This document shows, in pieces, positions 1 to 13,546 of a stretch of 64,000 bases of DNA. Each line of letters begins with the position of its first letter. Position 1 is the stretch's first letter. The DNA comes from Octopus sinensis. Taxonomy: Eukaryota. The position numbers were made by a program, and so were the translations under genes. The notes beneath the pieces were generated by a model. The model searched no databases. It saw only the letters and a program-made list of their open reading frames with translations, and had not been told where the DNA came from. Location: the NCBI RefSeq assembly GCF_006345805.1, contig NC_043020.1, forward strand, positions 20,770,001-20,834,000. The letters run 5' to 3'.

Positions 1-77
1 TCTAGTTCTATTGAATGACAATTAGGTTGTGTAATAAGTTGTGATAGCAATGGAGAATATATATGTGTGTGTGTGTG

Positions 78-360
78 AAGGCACATGGCTCAGTGGTTAA
101 AGTGTTGCATTTACGATTACAAGATCATGGGTTCGATTCCTAGGCCGGGCTTGCATTGTGTTCTTGAGCAAAGCACTTCATTTCACATTACTCTGTGATC
201 ACTTCAGCATCTGACATGTAGCACCCTGTTGCACCTGTACAGGTAATGTCGATTTGATGGAGGGAATGAGCTTATGTCTACAGAAATATTTGATCAATAT
301 AAACAAATCATCTGCATGGATGTTCTGTAAGAAACTTCATACATCATCTAACGATGGGAG
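78..360 (+). mobile_element. tRNA-derived SINE
   Basis: Pol III A box TGGCTCAGTGG and B box GGTTCGATTCC; a related body lies in reverse orientation at ~46150-46390. Confidence 0.7.
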
Positions 361-409
361 AGTCCATCATATTTATATATAGTTTTTGAAGTGATATATG
401 AATATTGTA

Positions 410-1669
410 CAAGGGGCATTCAATAAGTAATGCCCCTGACCCACTTACCATAGCAGTAGAGCAACGACACTTGGCACAGTTATTAGTCTTTTCCTACAAA
501 GGAACTACCCAAAGTTATGCATTTCTCCCATCGTTTGATACAGCTCTGGAGACCGTTTTTGTAGAAGACCCCAGCTTGGTCCTCCAACCACGACGTGACT
601 TCAGAAATCAAGGCTGCATCATCTGGGAAACGCTTTCCTTTCAAAATCAACTTCATGGCTGGGAAGAGGTGAAAATCAGAGGGTGCAAGGGGAGGAGTTC
701 ATAGCTGCATGCCTGTGCTTCTGATCTGGCAACACGCGAGTTGTGGACCGGAGCGTTGTCCTGCAGGAGGAGGATGCCTTTGCTGATCTTGCCCCGCCTC
801 TTGATTTTGATAGCTTCTCTTAATTTCCTCAAAAGTGAAGCATAATAGGCTCCTGTAATTGTGGTACCCTTTGCCAGGAAATCTGTCATCACTACTCCGT
901 CCTGGTCCCAGAAGACTGTGAGCATAACCTTGTCAGCGGAGGGCTGCACCCTTGCCTTCTTTGGAGGAGGTGAGTCACAGTGCTTTCACTGCATTGACTG
1001 GGCTTTGGTTTATGGATCATAGTGATGGACCCAGGTTTTATCCTGTGTGATCAGTCTTTTGAAAAATTTTGACTCATCTTCTTGGCACATCTCCAAATTC
1101 ATCCTCGAGCACTCAACGCATTCTTGCTTCTGGAAAGGTGTGAGCAACCTGGAAATCCATCTGGCAGACACCTTTTGCATATGCAAATGGTCATGAATGA
1201 TAGTTTCCACAGACCTGGTACTAATCTTGACCTTATGGGCTATTTGGCGAATAGTTATGTGCTGACCTTCCAAATGGCAGCCTCAACTTGATGCCTCATC
1301 AATGGCAAAAGTGGGCGACCAGATCTGGGAGCTGTTTCCACAGAGTTCCACTATGTTTGAATTCACAATGCCAGCGTTTTACAAGGTCATATGATGGGGC
1401 ATCATCACCATAAGTTACTTTCATTTCATCAAAAGTCTCCCGTGGTGTTCGTCCTTTCAAATACAAAAACCAGATCACTGCTCAACACTCAACAGGCTCC
1501 ATTTCACACTTGACTCAGTTCAAACACCTGTAAATCAGAAACCACAATTAGTTCAGAGCTGTAATTCGCCACTTAATCTATAGAGGTATAAATAAGTGCA
1601 CATGCAAAATTTCAGCTAGATCAAACAACTGCAAGTGGGTCAGGGGCATTACTTATTGAACGCCCCTCA
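410..1669 (-). mobile_element. mariner DNA transposon, degenerate full-length copy (family A)
   Basis: TIRs CAAGGGGCATTCAATAAGTAATGCCCCTGACCCACTT / reverse complement ending at 1669; TA at left; ORF pieces with TQDKTW and LQDNAPVH; near-identical to 62288-63579. Confidence 0.95.
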
Positions 1670-1699
1670 TGTATAGAGAATAACAAGGTAGTCAGTATG

Positions 1700-2460
1700 T
1701 TGGATGATTATATATATTTTTATTTACATTTTTAGTGCTTTCTTCTATTATGAGATTTATCAAAACAGTTTACAGTAAGTTTGCTTCACCTTTTTATATA
1801 AAATTGAAACTGTTGATGTTTTAGAGAGACAAGGGGGAGGGAGGAGGAGAAAGAGGAACAAATTAGAAAGGAAGGTGGAAGGATGAGAGAGGAGGGGAGA
1901 GTGGGAGATAGTGAAGATAGAGAAAGACAGTAGAAGGAAGCATGTTTTGGGGGTTTTCAAAAAAGGGAAAGAAAAGAAAATAGTTTGAGAGGGAGGGGGA
2001 GGTAAAGGAGGCATGGCTTTTGTATCACTGTGGTCAGACACTTGTTTGATTAGGATTCAATATGTTGTTTTTTTCCCCACTTAGTGACCTTTTGGGTGGG
2101 GTAGATAAGAAATTTTTGTATTCAAGTGATCAAAGATTTTAATTGGAAGACCAGATGTTGTTTTTGATTTTCTCCAGTAAGAACTATAATTGCATCTCAA
2201 GGCCTTGTTTTTTAATTCTTTTGTGTATAAAGGGAGAGAATGGTTGTATGGATGTGGTCAATTTTTTTTTAATTAAAATTTCAGATGTTGTTTTTGATTT
2301 AGCTGTGTATGGCTGTGTTTTTGAAAGAGTGATTTTTAAATGAGTATAGTTATGACTTTAAATACAATCTGAAAAAAGTGTGGTAAAGTGTTTCTCAATT
2401 ATTATTTATATGATCTGAATTTCTTTAAAAAAATCATAAATATGATCTGAATCTAAAATA
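1700..2460 (-). mobile_element. possible highly decayed Penelope-like element remnant
   Basis: Fragmentary minus-strand translation (PYTAKSKTT..IKKKLTTSI..LPHPKGH) weakly resembles a PLE GIY-YIG C-terminus, followed by a low-complexity tail. Confidence 0.3.
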
Positions 2461-2543
2461 ATGGGAAGGGGGAAAAATCTAAATGTCAATGAAAATAAAC
2501 CTTTCTTAAGTGAATATATTCACAATTATAAATGCTATCTAAA

Positions 2544-2589
<46 letters not shown>

Positions 2590-2649
2590 CACACACACAC
2601 ACACACATGCACACACACACACACACACACACACATGCACACACATATT

Positions 2650-2986
2650 GTATATTCTTTCACTTGTTTCAGTCATTTGACATTGCTGGAGCACCACCTT
2701 AAAGGGCTTTAGTTGAAGAAATTGACCCCAGGATTTATTCTTTGTAAGCTTAGTACTTACTCTATTGGTCTCATGCTGAACTGCATCAGTTGTCAAACAA
2801 TGGTGGGGAGACAAACACAGACACACATACACATGTAAATATATATACATATATGATGGGGGGGGGGTCTTTCAGTTTCTGTCAAGCAAACCCACCCACA
2901 AGGCTTTGGTTGGCTCAAAGCTATAGTAAAAGACACTTGCCCAAGCTTCCACACAATGGGACTGAACACAGAACCATGTGGTTGGG

Positions 2987-2987
<1 letters not shown>
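2650..2987 (-). mobile_element. CORE-like SINE (partial)
   Basis: Reverse complement of the family at 9972-10403 (TTGGGCAAGTGTCTT core, GCTCCAGCA..GTCAAATGACTGAAACAAG tail). Confidence 0.8.
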
Positions 2988-3017
<30 letters not shown>

Positions 3018-3105
3018 TATATATATATATATATATACATACATACATATATTTTTTAATAATATATTATTAAAAAATATATGTATATATCACTCATATT
3101 AAATA

Positions 3106-4708
3106 CTAGCATTATGACCCATCGTTGCAGGTCATAGTGCTAGTGCATGTATATATGTGTATATATATGTGTGTACATATTACATGTACATCTATATATA
3201 TACATCTACACATAAAATACAAAATACAAAGTTATATCTTGATATCGCTAGTGATAACAATACTCAAAATATATAACAGACTGGAATTGTAGGCCCGTCT
3301 CTTGCAATTTTGATCAATTGTATCTTGTCCTCCCTCTTGTATAGAAGTGTGGCTACAATCCAGCCTACCTCTACTGCTGGGAAGGGGACATTTTAAATTT
3401 TTATCCAGGACGTCCTACATCCCAGATATAAAGGTAAACGTAAAATATTTCCACTTTGCAAGGTTCAAGTCGAGTACTCCCTTGCACGCTCCGTTGACTT
3501 AAACCTTGCTTCTATTGTGGCGAATTTACCGTCTCTGGTTAGATATCTTTCATAGTCACACCAAGACACTTTTCGATGGTGCTTTCCTCCAGGTGTTCAA
3601 ATCTTCTTTTTTCTCTACATTGTATACTTTATAGACAATAGTCTTTTCTTTAATTTAACTTTTTATTTCGTTTGGTGGTGTTATCCTAGATTCACCGTCT
3701 TTGTCAGTGATCAATCCGAAATAGGTTTGTATTTCTTCCATTTTAATTTTAATGAGTTTGTGCCCGCCGACAGCTGCAGCGAAATTCATTTTTGGACTTT
3801 CTTCTATCGAAGGCATTCTAACAAAAATGCTTCCGTATAAATGGTGAAAATATTGTCAGTTTCCCCAAACAGGGACACAATTTAATTTTTAAGCAATAAT
3901 CAAAGCTCCTTCTCCCAAAGGGGAAGTGTTACAGTTTACAATTATTTAACAAATGCAACACTACAACGCTTCCCTTACGAGGAACCAACAAACGTGATAA
4001 CAATAGTTAAACAGTAATAATAATAACAACAAACCTTACGGTGAATCAAAAAGCAGTACGCAGTTGAAGCTATAGTCCTTTATGTATAAGAAATAAACCA
4101 ACAGCAGTACTCAGTAGAAGCAGATGTTCGAGAAAACAGACATTGCATACAGCCAAACTTCATATAGATACTTAATGCTAGCTAATTAACAGATAATCTA
4201 ATGTAAAAGCCATGGTAAATGGTATGTGCACAGCTCCATCTGGACTATTCCATTTCTGCACGCTAGTTTTATTTTTAATTTATTCCCATTCATGTGAAAC
4301 CACTTTTTCAAGTTCAAGTCATTGATGCAATTTTATACCAATTGCTATTTTTACTTTTGTTATGTTACGATTATATTATACTTTAGTTTGATTTTAATTA
4401 TTACTTACTACATATAATTCAATTGTTATTATTATCTCTAATTTTTATTGTTAAAGTGAAAGTATCTGACATAAAATAGAGAAATGTTTTTGTTTCACTT
4501 TTAACACGTAATACTGAAATAATGGAGAAGATATGATATTGCTGGGCTCGCTCTAGGCAAGAAGTTGAACATTTTTTTTTGCCCATGAAACTACATGGAC
4601 CCTAAGTAAGGCATGTGTAAAATTTGAATGAAATTGGTTGTGTAGTTCTCAAGTTTTAGGGAAACACACAGACAGACACACATTCTCAGTTTTATATATA
4701 TATATAGA
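3106..4708 (-). mobile_element. non-autonomous Helitron (family H1) carrying a LINE ORF1 fragment
   Basis: Minus strand begins A|TCTATATA..AAAACTGAGAATGTGTGTCTGTCTG and ends in hairpin plus CTAG|T; further copies at 22907-25856 and 46421-47822. Confidence 0.85.
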
Positions 4709-4869
4709 TATAAATACTTTAATAGTATTAATATTATTTTATACAATGGAGCACTTAATATAAATTCAGTATATAATATTCTTATTGAATATATTTACCT
4801 AATGATTTATATATATATATTTAAAAAATGAGTTTAAAGGGATATACCATATTTTCTCTCAAGCCAGTT

Positions 4870-5960
4870 TCAGATGCTGGCTAACCACAGCAGTCTCTAT
4901 GTAGTATTCGAGTTTACAGCAGTGTATGTTATTGGCTTATCAAGTTTATTATTGAAGGTGAAGACGTTTTTGTTTGGCCTGAGGATGAAGGGCCTGTTGA
5001 GGAGTCTGCAATGGCTGTGGGTGCAGCAAATGTTGCTCAGCGTGAGAGCCAGGAGTCTCAGAACCCATGGTCCCACCTGGAAGACTTCTTTGTTTTTACA
5101 TCAAGGGATAAGAGGAATGCCAAAATCTTGTGCTTCCGGTGTGTCATGTGCCAACCCAAGGAGACCACAATCAAGAAAAAAGCAGCAAGCCGCTACAACT
5201 TGAAGTCACATATCAAGAGGAAATACCCAGTGCATGCCATGCAGTTTGAGGAGAGGATCAAGGCCAATTCTTCCTGTGGGAAACACAGACAATCTTCTGG
5301 TAGCAATGCCAGTAGCCAAACATCGTAGTCATGGGCAAAGAAAGTATGCCAGCCCAGCATTGATGAGGTGGGCAAACTGCTAGCATTGGCATCCATCTGT
5401 CTGGTGAACAGAAGGATTGTAGACCTATTTGTCAACAACGTGCTACCACTGCATGTAGTGGAATCCCCAACCTTTGACAGCCTGATCAAGTTGCTGAACC
5501 CCAGCAAGACATCGATGTCCCACTGCACCTAAGTAAGGACAATCTTAGCCAGCCATAAACAGCTGGAAGAATATCTTACAAGGTATTTATAAATTAAAAC
5601 TATGCAAATTTATTTTTATAGCGTACTTCATATTTTCTTAATTTAATTTAATTATTTAATTATTTATTAAATAATTATTTTCTTAATTAATGTAATAAAA
5701 TGTATAATAGCTAATTGAATAAATGTCACGATATATAATATATGGTATATATTTATTTCACTCATGATTAAGTTCACCAAGTATTAAACCGCCATCCCAC
5801 CAGTGCTGCAGTTGAGCACCTATTCTCTATAAGCAAAGATATTTTGAGGGCCAAGAGAGCCACCCTAGACTGATGTGTATGAAGGGTAACCAGAATCATG
5901 TTGAAGCAATGGATAAGGCCCAGCCTTGATCATCATCTGACCTTGGCATGATATCTATGC
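4870..5960 (+). mobile_element. hAT transposase remnant (BED finger and dimerisation domain)
   Basis: PWSHLEDFF..CVMC..YNLKSHIKRKYPVH (BED-like); IVDLFVNNVLPLHVVESPTF; TSAAVEHLFSISKDIL at ~5790-5860; stops present. Confidence 0.75.
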
Positions 5961-5967
5961 TATGCTA

Positions 5968-7194
5968 CTGGGTTGGCAACAAGTAATTTTTTTCATACAG
6001 AGAATGCACTTTAATCACTTGTATATTTTCCATTTTGTTCGATGATCTTTTGCCATCTTTCTGGTAACTTCAGGATTCTGCGCTCATGGAACTTCTGGCC
6101 CTTATCAGCCCAAAACTGAAGCAAGTGTGATTTCAAGTCATCATCATGATTGAAAGATTTACAATTCAAAGAATTTTGAAAACTTTGAAATAAATGGTAA
6201 TCTGATGGTGCTATATGGTGGATGTGACATCACTTCCCAACCAAGCTCCAATAATTTTTCATGAGTTAGCAAAGATGTGTGTGGTCTAGCATTGTCATGG
6301 TGGAACATAATTTCTTTATTATTTGCCAATTCTGGCCATTTTTCTTTGATTGCTTCCTCCAGTTTCATTAGTTGTTGACAGTAAACATCTGAATTGATCG
6401 TTTCCTTCCTTAGAAGCAGCTCAAAATACACAACACCTTTGTAATCCCACCAAATTGACAGCATGACCTTTTTTTGATGCAATTCAGCTTTCGATGTAGT
6501 TTGTGCTGGTTCATTACGCTTGGACGATGATTGTTTTTGGTTGATGTTATTGTAGACGATCCATTTTTCATCACTAGTGATGATTCATTTGAAAAAGGTC
6601 AATTTCATTGTGTTTGAGATGCATATTGCAAATATTTATTTGTTGTGTTAAATGAATCTCTTTCAATTTATGTGGTACCCAAATATCTTAACAAGTCCAA
6701 AACATTTGAAGTGATTTTCAATTGTTGTGTGTGATACATTTAACCTGACTGCAATCTCTCACGCAGTTATATGACAACCAGATTCAATTATGACTTTGAT
6801 TCAGTCATCATTAACTTCAATAGGTCCCAGAACATTGGTAATCTTTGAAAAATCCCCAGAATGGAACTTTTTGAACCATTTTTGGCATGTGCGTTCTGTT
6901 AAGCAATAAACACCATAAACTTCACATATTTCTTTGTGAGCTTCAGCAGCTTTTTTTCCTTTATGGAAATAAAAAAGCAAAATATGGCGAAAATGTTCGT
7001 TTTTGCACTCCATGATAAAATTGACACTGAACAAACAGTTGTAAACAAAATTACATGCAATTTACTTCTAAAGTAAGCTAAAAGTAATGGTTATCAAATG
7101 TCAAAGGAAAAAAATCATAGTGTTGACAAAAGTCATTCAAAAAAATCGTAACTGTCTATTTGTAAGAAACAAAATTAATTTCTTGCCAACCCAA
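5968..7194 (-). mobile_element. mariner DNA transposon, degenerate (family B)
   Basis: TA-flanked TIRs (C/T)TGGGTTGGCAA; ORF pieces HFRHILLFYF, KKVMLSIWWD, FHHDNARPH, HPPYS. Confidence 0.92.
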
Positions 7195-7324
7195 TATACC
7201 ATTTTGATTTGTTAAGGCACATAGGCACAGGTGTGACTGTATGGTAAGAAGCTTGTTTCCAACCACTTGGTTCTGGGTTCAGTCCCACTGCATGACACCT
7301 TGGGCAAGTGTCTTCTACTATATT

Positions 7325-9300
7325 TATACTTGTGTAGCAAGACTACACCTATTCCATACTCCAAAGCATCAAACACTACAACAATGTCCATTCTAGGATC
7401 GAAATGTGCTAGTGACAAATCAGAAATTAGTATTTTCTTTGTCTTCGAATGTGTTTTGGCACTTTACTGACCAATCCTATTTTACTTATTTTTTAGTAAA
7501 TTGTTTAATGGTGCTCTCAATTTATGTATATTTGGAATGTACTGTTGATAGTAATTTACTAGGCCAAGGAAAGCTTGTAATGTTGGTATATTCATTGGAG
7601 AAGGCATATTCTTGATTGTGTCTGCCCTCAATGGGTCAGAACATCTTTCATTCTTATCTATGATTTGACCTAGGTATTTGATATTTTGGCAAAAATAATT
7701 CACACTTCTCTTCACTGAGTGTGAAACCGTAATCCTTAATTTTTTTTTAAATGCACCTCATGTTTTTGATATGCTCATTCCATGATTAACTTTTGATTAA
7801 TATGTCATCAAGGTAAGGAATAGCAAATTGACAGTCTGCCAACATTGCTTCCATCATCTGTTGAAATATTGCAGGTGCTACCTTCAGTCCAAAAGGTAGT
7901 CTATTGTATTTGTATAGACCTCTGTGCATGTTGACCATTAACACCTTTGAGCATTTTTTATCTACTTTGATTTGTAGATATGCGTCAGACAGACAGAGTT
8001 TTGGAAATATTTTTCTCCGTTTAGTTTTGTGAAAATCTCTTCTGAGGTCAGTAGCGGATAATGATTCATTTTTAAACAGTCATTTAAACTGGTCGTAAAA
8101 CTGACACACAACCTAATTTTGTTATTTTATACATACAGTCGGAGCTGTCTATTTTGCATAATCCACTTTTACAATGATTCCATTTTTCGCCAATCTATCC
8201 AACTCATCATCCACTTGCTTTATTGCCACAAAAAGCACTTTTCTGTTAGGCTTGAACACAGGTGTAACATTATCATCTAATTCTAAACATGCTTTAGTCT
8301 TTGTGCATAGACCTAGTTTGTCTGAGAGTACTTACGGAAACATTTAAAAAAATTTTCTCTTTAACTCTTCAGACAAATTATTTTTAGAGGGACAACCATT
8401 TATATTTTTATGATAGAGATTTATGGGGAGGTCCCATAAATCGAATAATTCTAACCAATTGGTACCAAACAGATTGGTTGCATTTTTAATGACAAAGACT
8501 TTCGCCTTTCAAGTTTTTCCTCAAAATGTGACATTAGTCTACATTTTGCCTATGAAATGTAATTTGTTGCCCGTCATGTTATGAGCAGATTTTGCTGTTT
8601 TTCTCAACATAGGTTTCCTTATTTTCTTCCACGTCTCAATATTTATTATTGAAATATCACTTCCAGTATCCAATTGAAATTTAATATGTATTCAGTTTAT
8701 TTTTATGTGTATGAATTTTCTTATTTGGGAGTCAATTATTGTTTCAGCTGAGAACACTCTAGGATTTTTAATGCTTGACCGTTGTAATTTTGTTCTGCAG
8801 TGTGAACTCTTGTGATCAATTCTTTTGCAACTGTAACATTTTTATTGTTAAATGGACAGTCTTGGCCCCACATCCATAACATGGATTAAGACATGACGCT
8901 CTTTTTTGTTTGTACTTTTCTGGTCAGCATATCTGTATTTTTGAGGAATCCTTTTCTTGAATTTTTTCTACATTATGTTTCAGGTTTACCATCCTTTGGC
9001 ATTCTTAGATTTTGGTTTGCTTGTTCCAATTTAGACAGAATTCTTGCCCAAATTTCTGCATCTTCACTTACTGTAATGCTTTGTACAAAAGTAAGACACT
9101 TGAACATCTCAGGTGTAAGTTCTTTGAGTTTGAAACTTTCAAATACCTTGTTGACTGTTCTTGCGTATGTGATAAAATTATCATTCTTTTTTTTATTGTT
9201 ATATTCCAACACTCCATTCAGGTGTTAAAAGATAAGTTTTATCACTGAATATGTTAGACAGTAAATTTTTTAGATTTCAAGGTGAAGTCAATCAGCAGAC
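7325..9300 (-). mobile_element. Ty3/Gypsy gag-pol remnant
   Basis: Zn knuckle (CYSCKRIDHKSSHC), protease QLDTGSDISII, RT LSDAYLQIKVD / FGLKVAPAIFQ / YLDDILI, LQAFLGLVNYY, RNase H DALEYGIGVVL; many stops and frameshifts. Confidence 0.9.
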
Positions 9301-9399
9301 CATTTATTATTCTTTCAGTTTTGCTAACATTCAACCTCTAGCAAATCGACTACATGCTCACTTCCATCAGGCAGTCCTGGTCAGATGTGTCAGGGCATA

Positions 9400-9710
9400 T
9401 GACCTGCTACTATAGCCACTGAACAACCATTGCCATTTTTGGCAGGAGATGCCCAATTTATCGGAAGCCTTCCTTTTTGATTTCTGGGGACTTTAAGTGA
9501 TTGCTCCATCTTCTTCAGTGGTAGCACTGACTGGTCAACTCCTCCTCTGTGCATTGCAGAGGGACAAAGTCTGCTCAAATTTGTCTTGTATTCTGTAAAC
9601 TGTTAATCTTGTCAAAGCTGGTCTTTGAAATTCTTCAGTGCATTTCTGTCTAACCATTCTGTTTTCCTCTACTGCTTGATGATCCACTTTCATTCATCAT
9701 TGATCAAATT
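9400..9710 (-). mobile_element. Tc1/mariner-superfamily N-terminal HTH remnant
   Basis: VRQKCTEEFQRPALTRLTVYRIQDKFEQT resembles the DUF4817-type HTH. Confidence 0.5.
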
Positions 9711-9971
9711 TCCAACTATGAAATAAATATCTGAAATTAGGAATAATCATTTTATAATAGAAAGAATTAGATAAAAAGGTCAGAGAATCATAGAATTCTT
9801 ATCCTAAAAAGGAAAATTGCACTCATATTAAGCAATTGTATACCTACTTTTGCCCATCCATGTGTGTGTGTGTGTGTTTGTATGTGTGTGTGTGTGTGTG
9901 TGTTTGTATGTGCGTATGTGTGTTTGTATGTGTGTGTGTGTTTGTGTGTGTGTGTTGTGTGTGTGTGTGTA

Positions 9972-10403
9972 GATGCAGGTGTGGCTGTGTGGTAATTCAT
10001 TTGGTTTCCAACCACATGGTTTTGGGTTCAGTCCCACTGCATGTCATCTTGGGCAAGTGCCTTCTACTATAGCTTTGGGCTGACCAAAGACTTGTGAATG
10101 GATTTGGAAGATGGAAACTGAAAGAAGCCCATCATATATACATATATAAACCTGTCGTATATATATGTGTGTGTGTATGTGTGTGTGTTTGTGTGTGTGT
10201 TTGACCCTCACTATCACTTGACAACCAATGTTAGTGTGTTTACATCCCTGTAACTTAGTGGTTCAGTGAAAGAGAATGATAGAATAAGTACTAGACTTAC
10301 AAAGAATAAGTTTTGGGGTCAAGTTCTTCAACTAAAACCCTTTAAGGCGATGCTCCAGCATGGGAACAGTCAAATGACTAAAACAAGTAAAAGAATAAAA
10401 GAA
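9972..10403 (+). mobile_element. tRNA-derived CORE-like SINE, near full length
   Basis: A box TGGCTGTGTGGT, B box GGTTCAGTCCC, CORE-like CTTGGGCAAGTG, internal microsatellite, tail GAAACAAGTAAAAGAATAAAAGAAT-like; partial copies at ~7215, 13285, 14570, 16710, 19040-19600, 22005, 31815-32540, 35003, 38340, 54360. Confidence 0.85.
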
Positions 10404-10549
10404 TGTGTGTGCATGTGCATGCATGTGTGTGGTTATGTTCCTGTAACTTAGCAATTCAGCAAAAGAGACCAATAAAATAAATACCAGGCTTAAAAAATAA
10501 AAAGTACTGTGGCTGAGTAGGTTGACACACACACAAGCGCACACGCATT

Positions 10550-10866
10550 TGTATGTATGTATGTATGTATGTATGTATGTATGTATGTATGTATGTGTGT
10601 ATGTGTGTGTGTGTATGTGTGTATGTATGTATGTATGTATGTATGTGTGTATGTGTGTGTGTGTATGTATGTATGTATGTATGTATGTATGTGTGTATGT
10701 ATGTGTGTATGTATGTGTGTATGTATGTATGTATGTATGTATGTATGTATGTATGTATGTATGTATGTGTGTGTGTATGTATGTATGTATGTATGTGTGT
10801 ATGTATGTGTGTATGTATGTGTGTATGTATGTGTGTATGTATGTATGTATGTATGTGTGTATGTAT
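10550..10866. repeat. compound (TATG)n/(TG)n microsatellite
   Basis: Directly visible; source of the spurious MYVC/HTYI ORFs. Confidence 0.98.
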
Positions 10867-11016
10867 ACCCATTCAAAACCAAGCCAAGTGAAGCAGCCTC
10901 CATCAACTCACAGACTAACATTCAGCAATGCTAAATAAAAAAAGAATTTGACTCCTTGCAGATTATAGAGCAGAAGTGATACAGTAAACATAGAACAGCC
11001 ACAACATTAAGAAATA

Positions 11017-11094
<78 letters not shown>

Positions 11095-11504
11095 TGTAAT
11101 TTATTTTTGCTATTATGGCTGTAGTCATATTGAAGGGATATCTTCTGTGGTGGCTATTTTATGTTTGCTGTCACTTTTGTTGTTTAACCTTAGAGCAGAG
11201 CGGTGAGAGATGTTGCTCCTCACGGTTTGGTCTTATTGTTTAACCTCAAGTCAGCCTGTAATCAAGGGCATTTCAATCAAGACCATCCATTCATTTTAAA
11301 GTTATGTAAGACTATATTGTCTAATGTATTACTTCCTTAGAGAGCAGTGATTTGATGCCCATTTGAGGCTTGACATTTGAAGAACCATATAGAGAAAATC
11401 TTGTTGGTTATAATATTTCTTGATGGTTGGTATCTAAAATACTTTGCAACCCCTACTTTAGGTAACTAAAAATTAATATTATATTTCATCCACTTATCTT
11501 GTTT

Positions 11505-11546
<42 letters not shown>

Positions 11547-11589
11547 GCGTACATACACTTTGTTCTCTTATATATATATATACATATGC

Positions 11590-13050
11590 CCTTGGATGCC
11601 CTTGGGAGCTCCTCTATGCTGATGACCTTGCTCTAATTGCTGAGTCGCTATCAGAACTGGAGGAGAAGTTTCAGGTGTGGAAACAAGGATTAGAATCGAA
11701 GGGCCTCAGAGTCAATCTAGCTAAAACCAAAGTCGTAATCAGTAGGAAGGTAGACAAATCACAAACACCTTCAGGTAGATGGCCCTGCTCGATCTGTAGA
11801 AAAGGTGTAGGTAGAAACTCTATAAGATGCAAGGGAGAAAAACTAGAAATAGTTGATAGTTTCCGTTACCTAGGTGACCAAGTCAGCAGCGGGGGCGGGT
11901 GTGCTGAAAGTGTAACTGCTAGAGTAAGAATAGCTTGGGCAAAGTTCAGAGAGCTCTTACCTCTGCTGGTGACAAAAGGCCTCTCGCACAGAGTGAAAGG
12001 CAGACTGTATGATGCGTGTGTACGAACAGCCATGCTACATGGCAGTGAAACATGGGCCGTGACTGCTGAGGATATGCGTAAGCTCGCTAGAAATGAAGCC
12101 AGTATGCTCCAATGGATGTGTAATGCCGGTACTCACACTCGGCAGAGTGTAAGTACCTTGAGAGAAAAGCTGGACCTAAGAAGCATCAGTTGTGGTGTGC
12201 AAGAGAGACGTTTGTGCTGGTATGGTCATGTGGCGAGAATGGATGAAGATAGTTGTGTGAAAAAGTGCCACACCCTAGCGGTTGAGGAACCTGTGGAAGA
12301 GGCAGACCCAGGAAAACCTGGGACGAGGTGGTGAAGCACGACCTTCGAACTTTAGGTCTCACTGAGGAAATGACTAGAGACCGAGACCTCTGGAAGTGTG
12401 CTGTGCGCGAGAAGACCCGGCAGGACAAGTGAGTCCATAACCCGTGGCCTTCTACATGGGATGGAGCCAGCCTACGTATGCATACCTTCCCTTCTTGGGA
12501 CACAAAACTCTACTTGTGAAGACGTGATGAGGCAAGTGAGGATCAGAATCGAAATCGATCAATGGAAATTGCGGATGTGCTACCAGTGCCGGTGGCATGT
12601 CAAAACTCTGCTTGTGAAGACCCGTTGAGGCAAGTGACGATCAGAATCGAAATCGATCAATGGAAATCGATCAATGGAAATTGCAGATGTGTTACCAGTG
12701 CCGGTGGCATGTAAGAGAACCTTCCGTTTCGTGACCGTTGCCAGCACCGCCCCGTTTCGTGTCTGTTGCCAGCCTCGCCTGGCCCTCGTGCCGGTGGCAC
12801 ATAAAAAGCACCATCCGTTCATGGCCGTTTGCCAGCTCTGTCTGGCACCAGTGCGGGTGGCACGTAAAAAGCACCCACTACACTCACGGAGTGGTTGGCG
12901 TTAGGAAGGGCATCCAGCCGTAGAAACACTGCCAGATTTGACTGGGCCTGATGAAGCCTTCTGGCTTCACAGACCCCAGTAGAACCGTCCAACCCATGCT
13001 AGCATGGAAAACGGACGCTAAACGATGATGATGATGATGATGATGATGAC
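11590..13050 (+). mobile_element. RTE-clade LINE, 5'-truncated
   Basis: ELLYADDLAL, FRYLG, RLCWYGHVARM; 3'UTR with GGTGGCACGTAAAAAGCACC repeats; (GAT)n tail. Confidence 0.93.
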
Positions 13051-13546
13051 ATATATGTATGTACACACACATATTTATATATATTTATTTAGTTTAGTCC
13101 TACTGACAGGTGCTTTCTACTATGGCTGTGGGCAGACCAGAACCTTGTAAGTAGATTTGGTGGACTGAAACTGAAAGAAGCCCATCGTATAAAGGACATT
13201 AGGACACTTATACAGCAGAAACACGTGTCGGATGTGAATCTAATGTGAAATTAATGAGAATAATATAGTAATTAAAGAAAATTTATAAGCGCAAGCATGG
13301 CTGAGCAGTAAGAAACTTGATTTCCAATAACACGGCTCTAGGTCCAGTCCCACTGCATGGTACCTTGGCCAAGTGTCTTCTACTATAGCCTTGAGCAAAC
13401 CAAAGCCTTGAGAGAGAATTTGGTAGACAGAAACTGAAAGAAGCCTGTTGTATACATACATATATGTATGTATCTATATATATATATATGTATATATATG
13501 TATATATATATATATATTTTTTTTTTTTTGCTATTATGGCTGTAGA

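Noticed and set aside
10456-11206. Multiple long ORFs (MYVC.., HTYI..)
   Set aside because: Translations of microsatellites
12945-12980. CTGATGA followed by hairpin AGCC-TTCT-GGCT in an RTE 3' end
   Set aside because: No GAAA or stem III follows, and the motif is not conserved in other RTE copies
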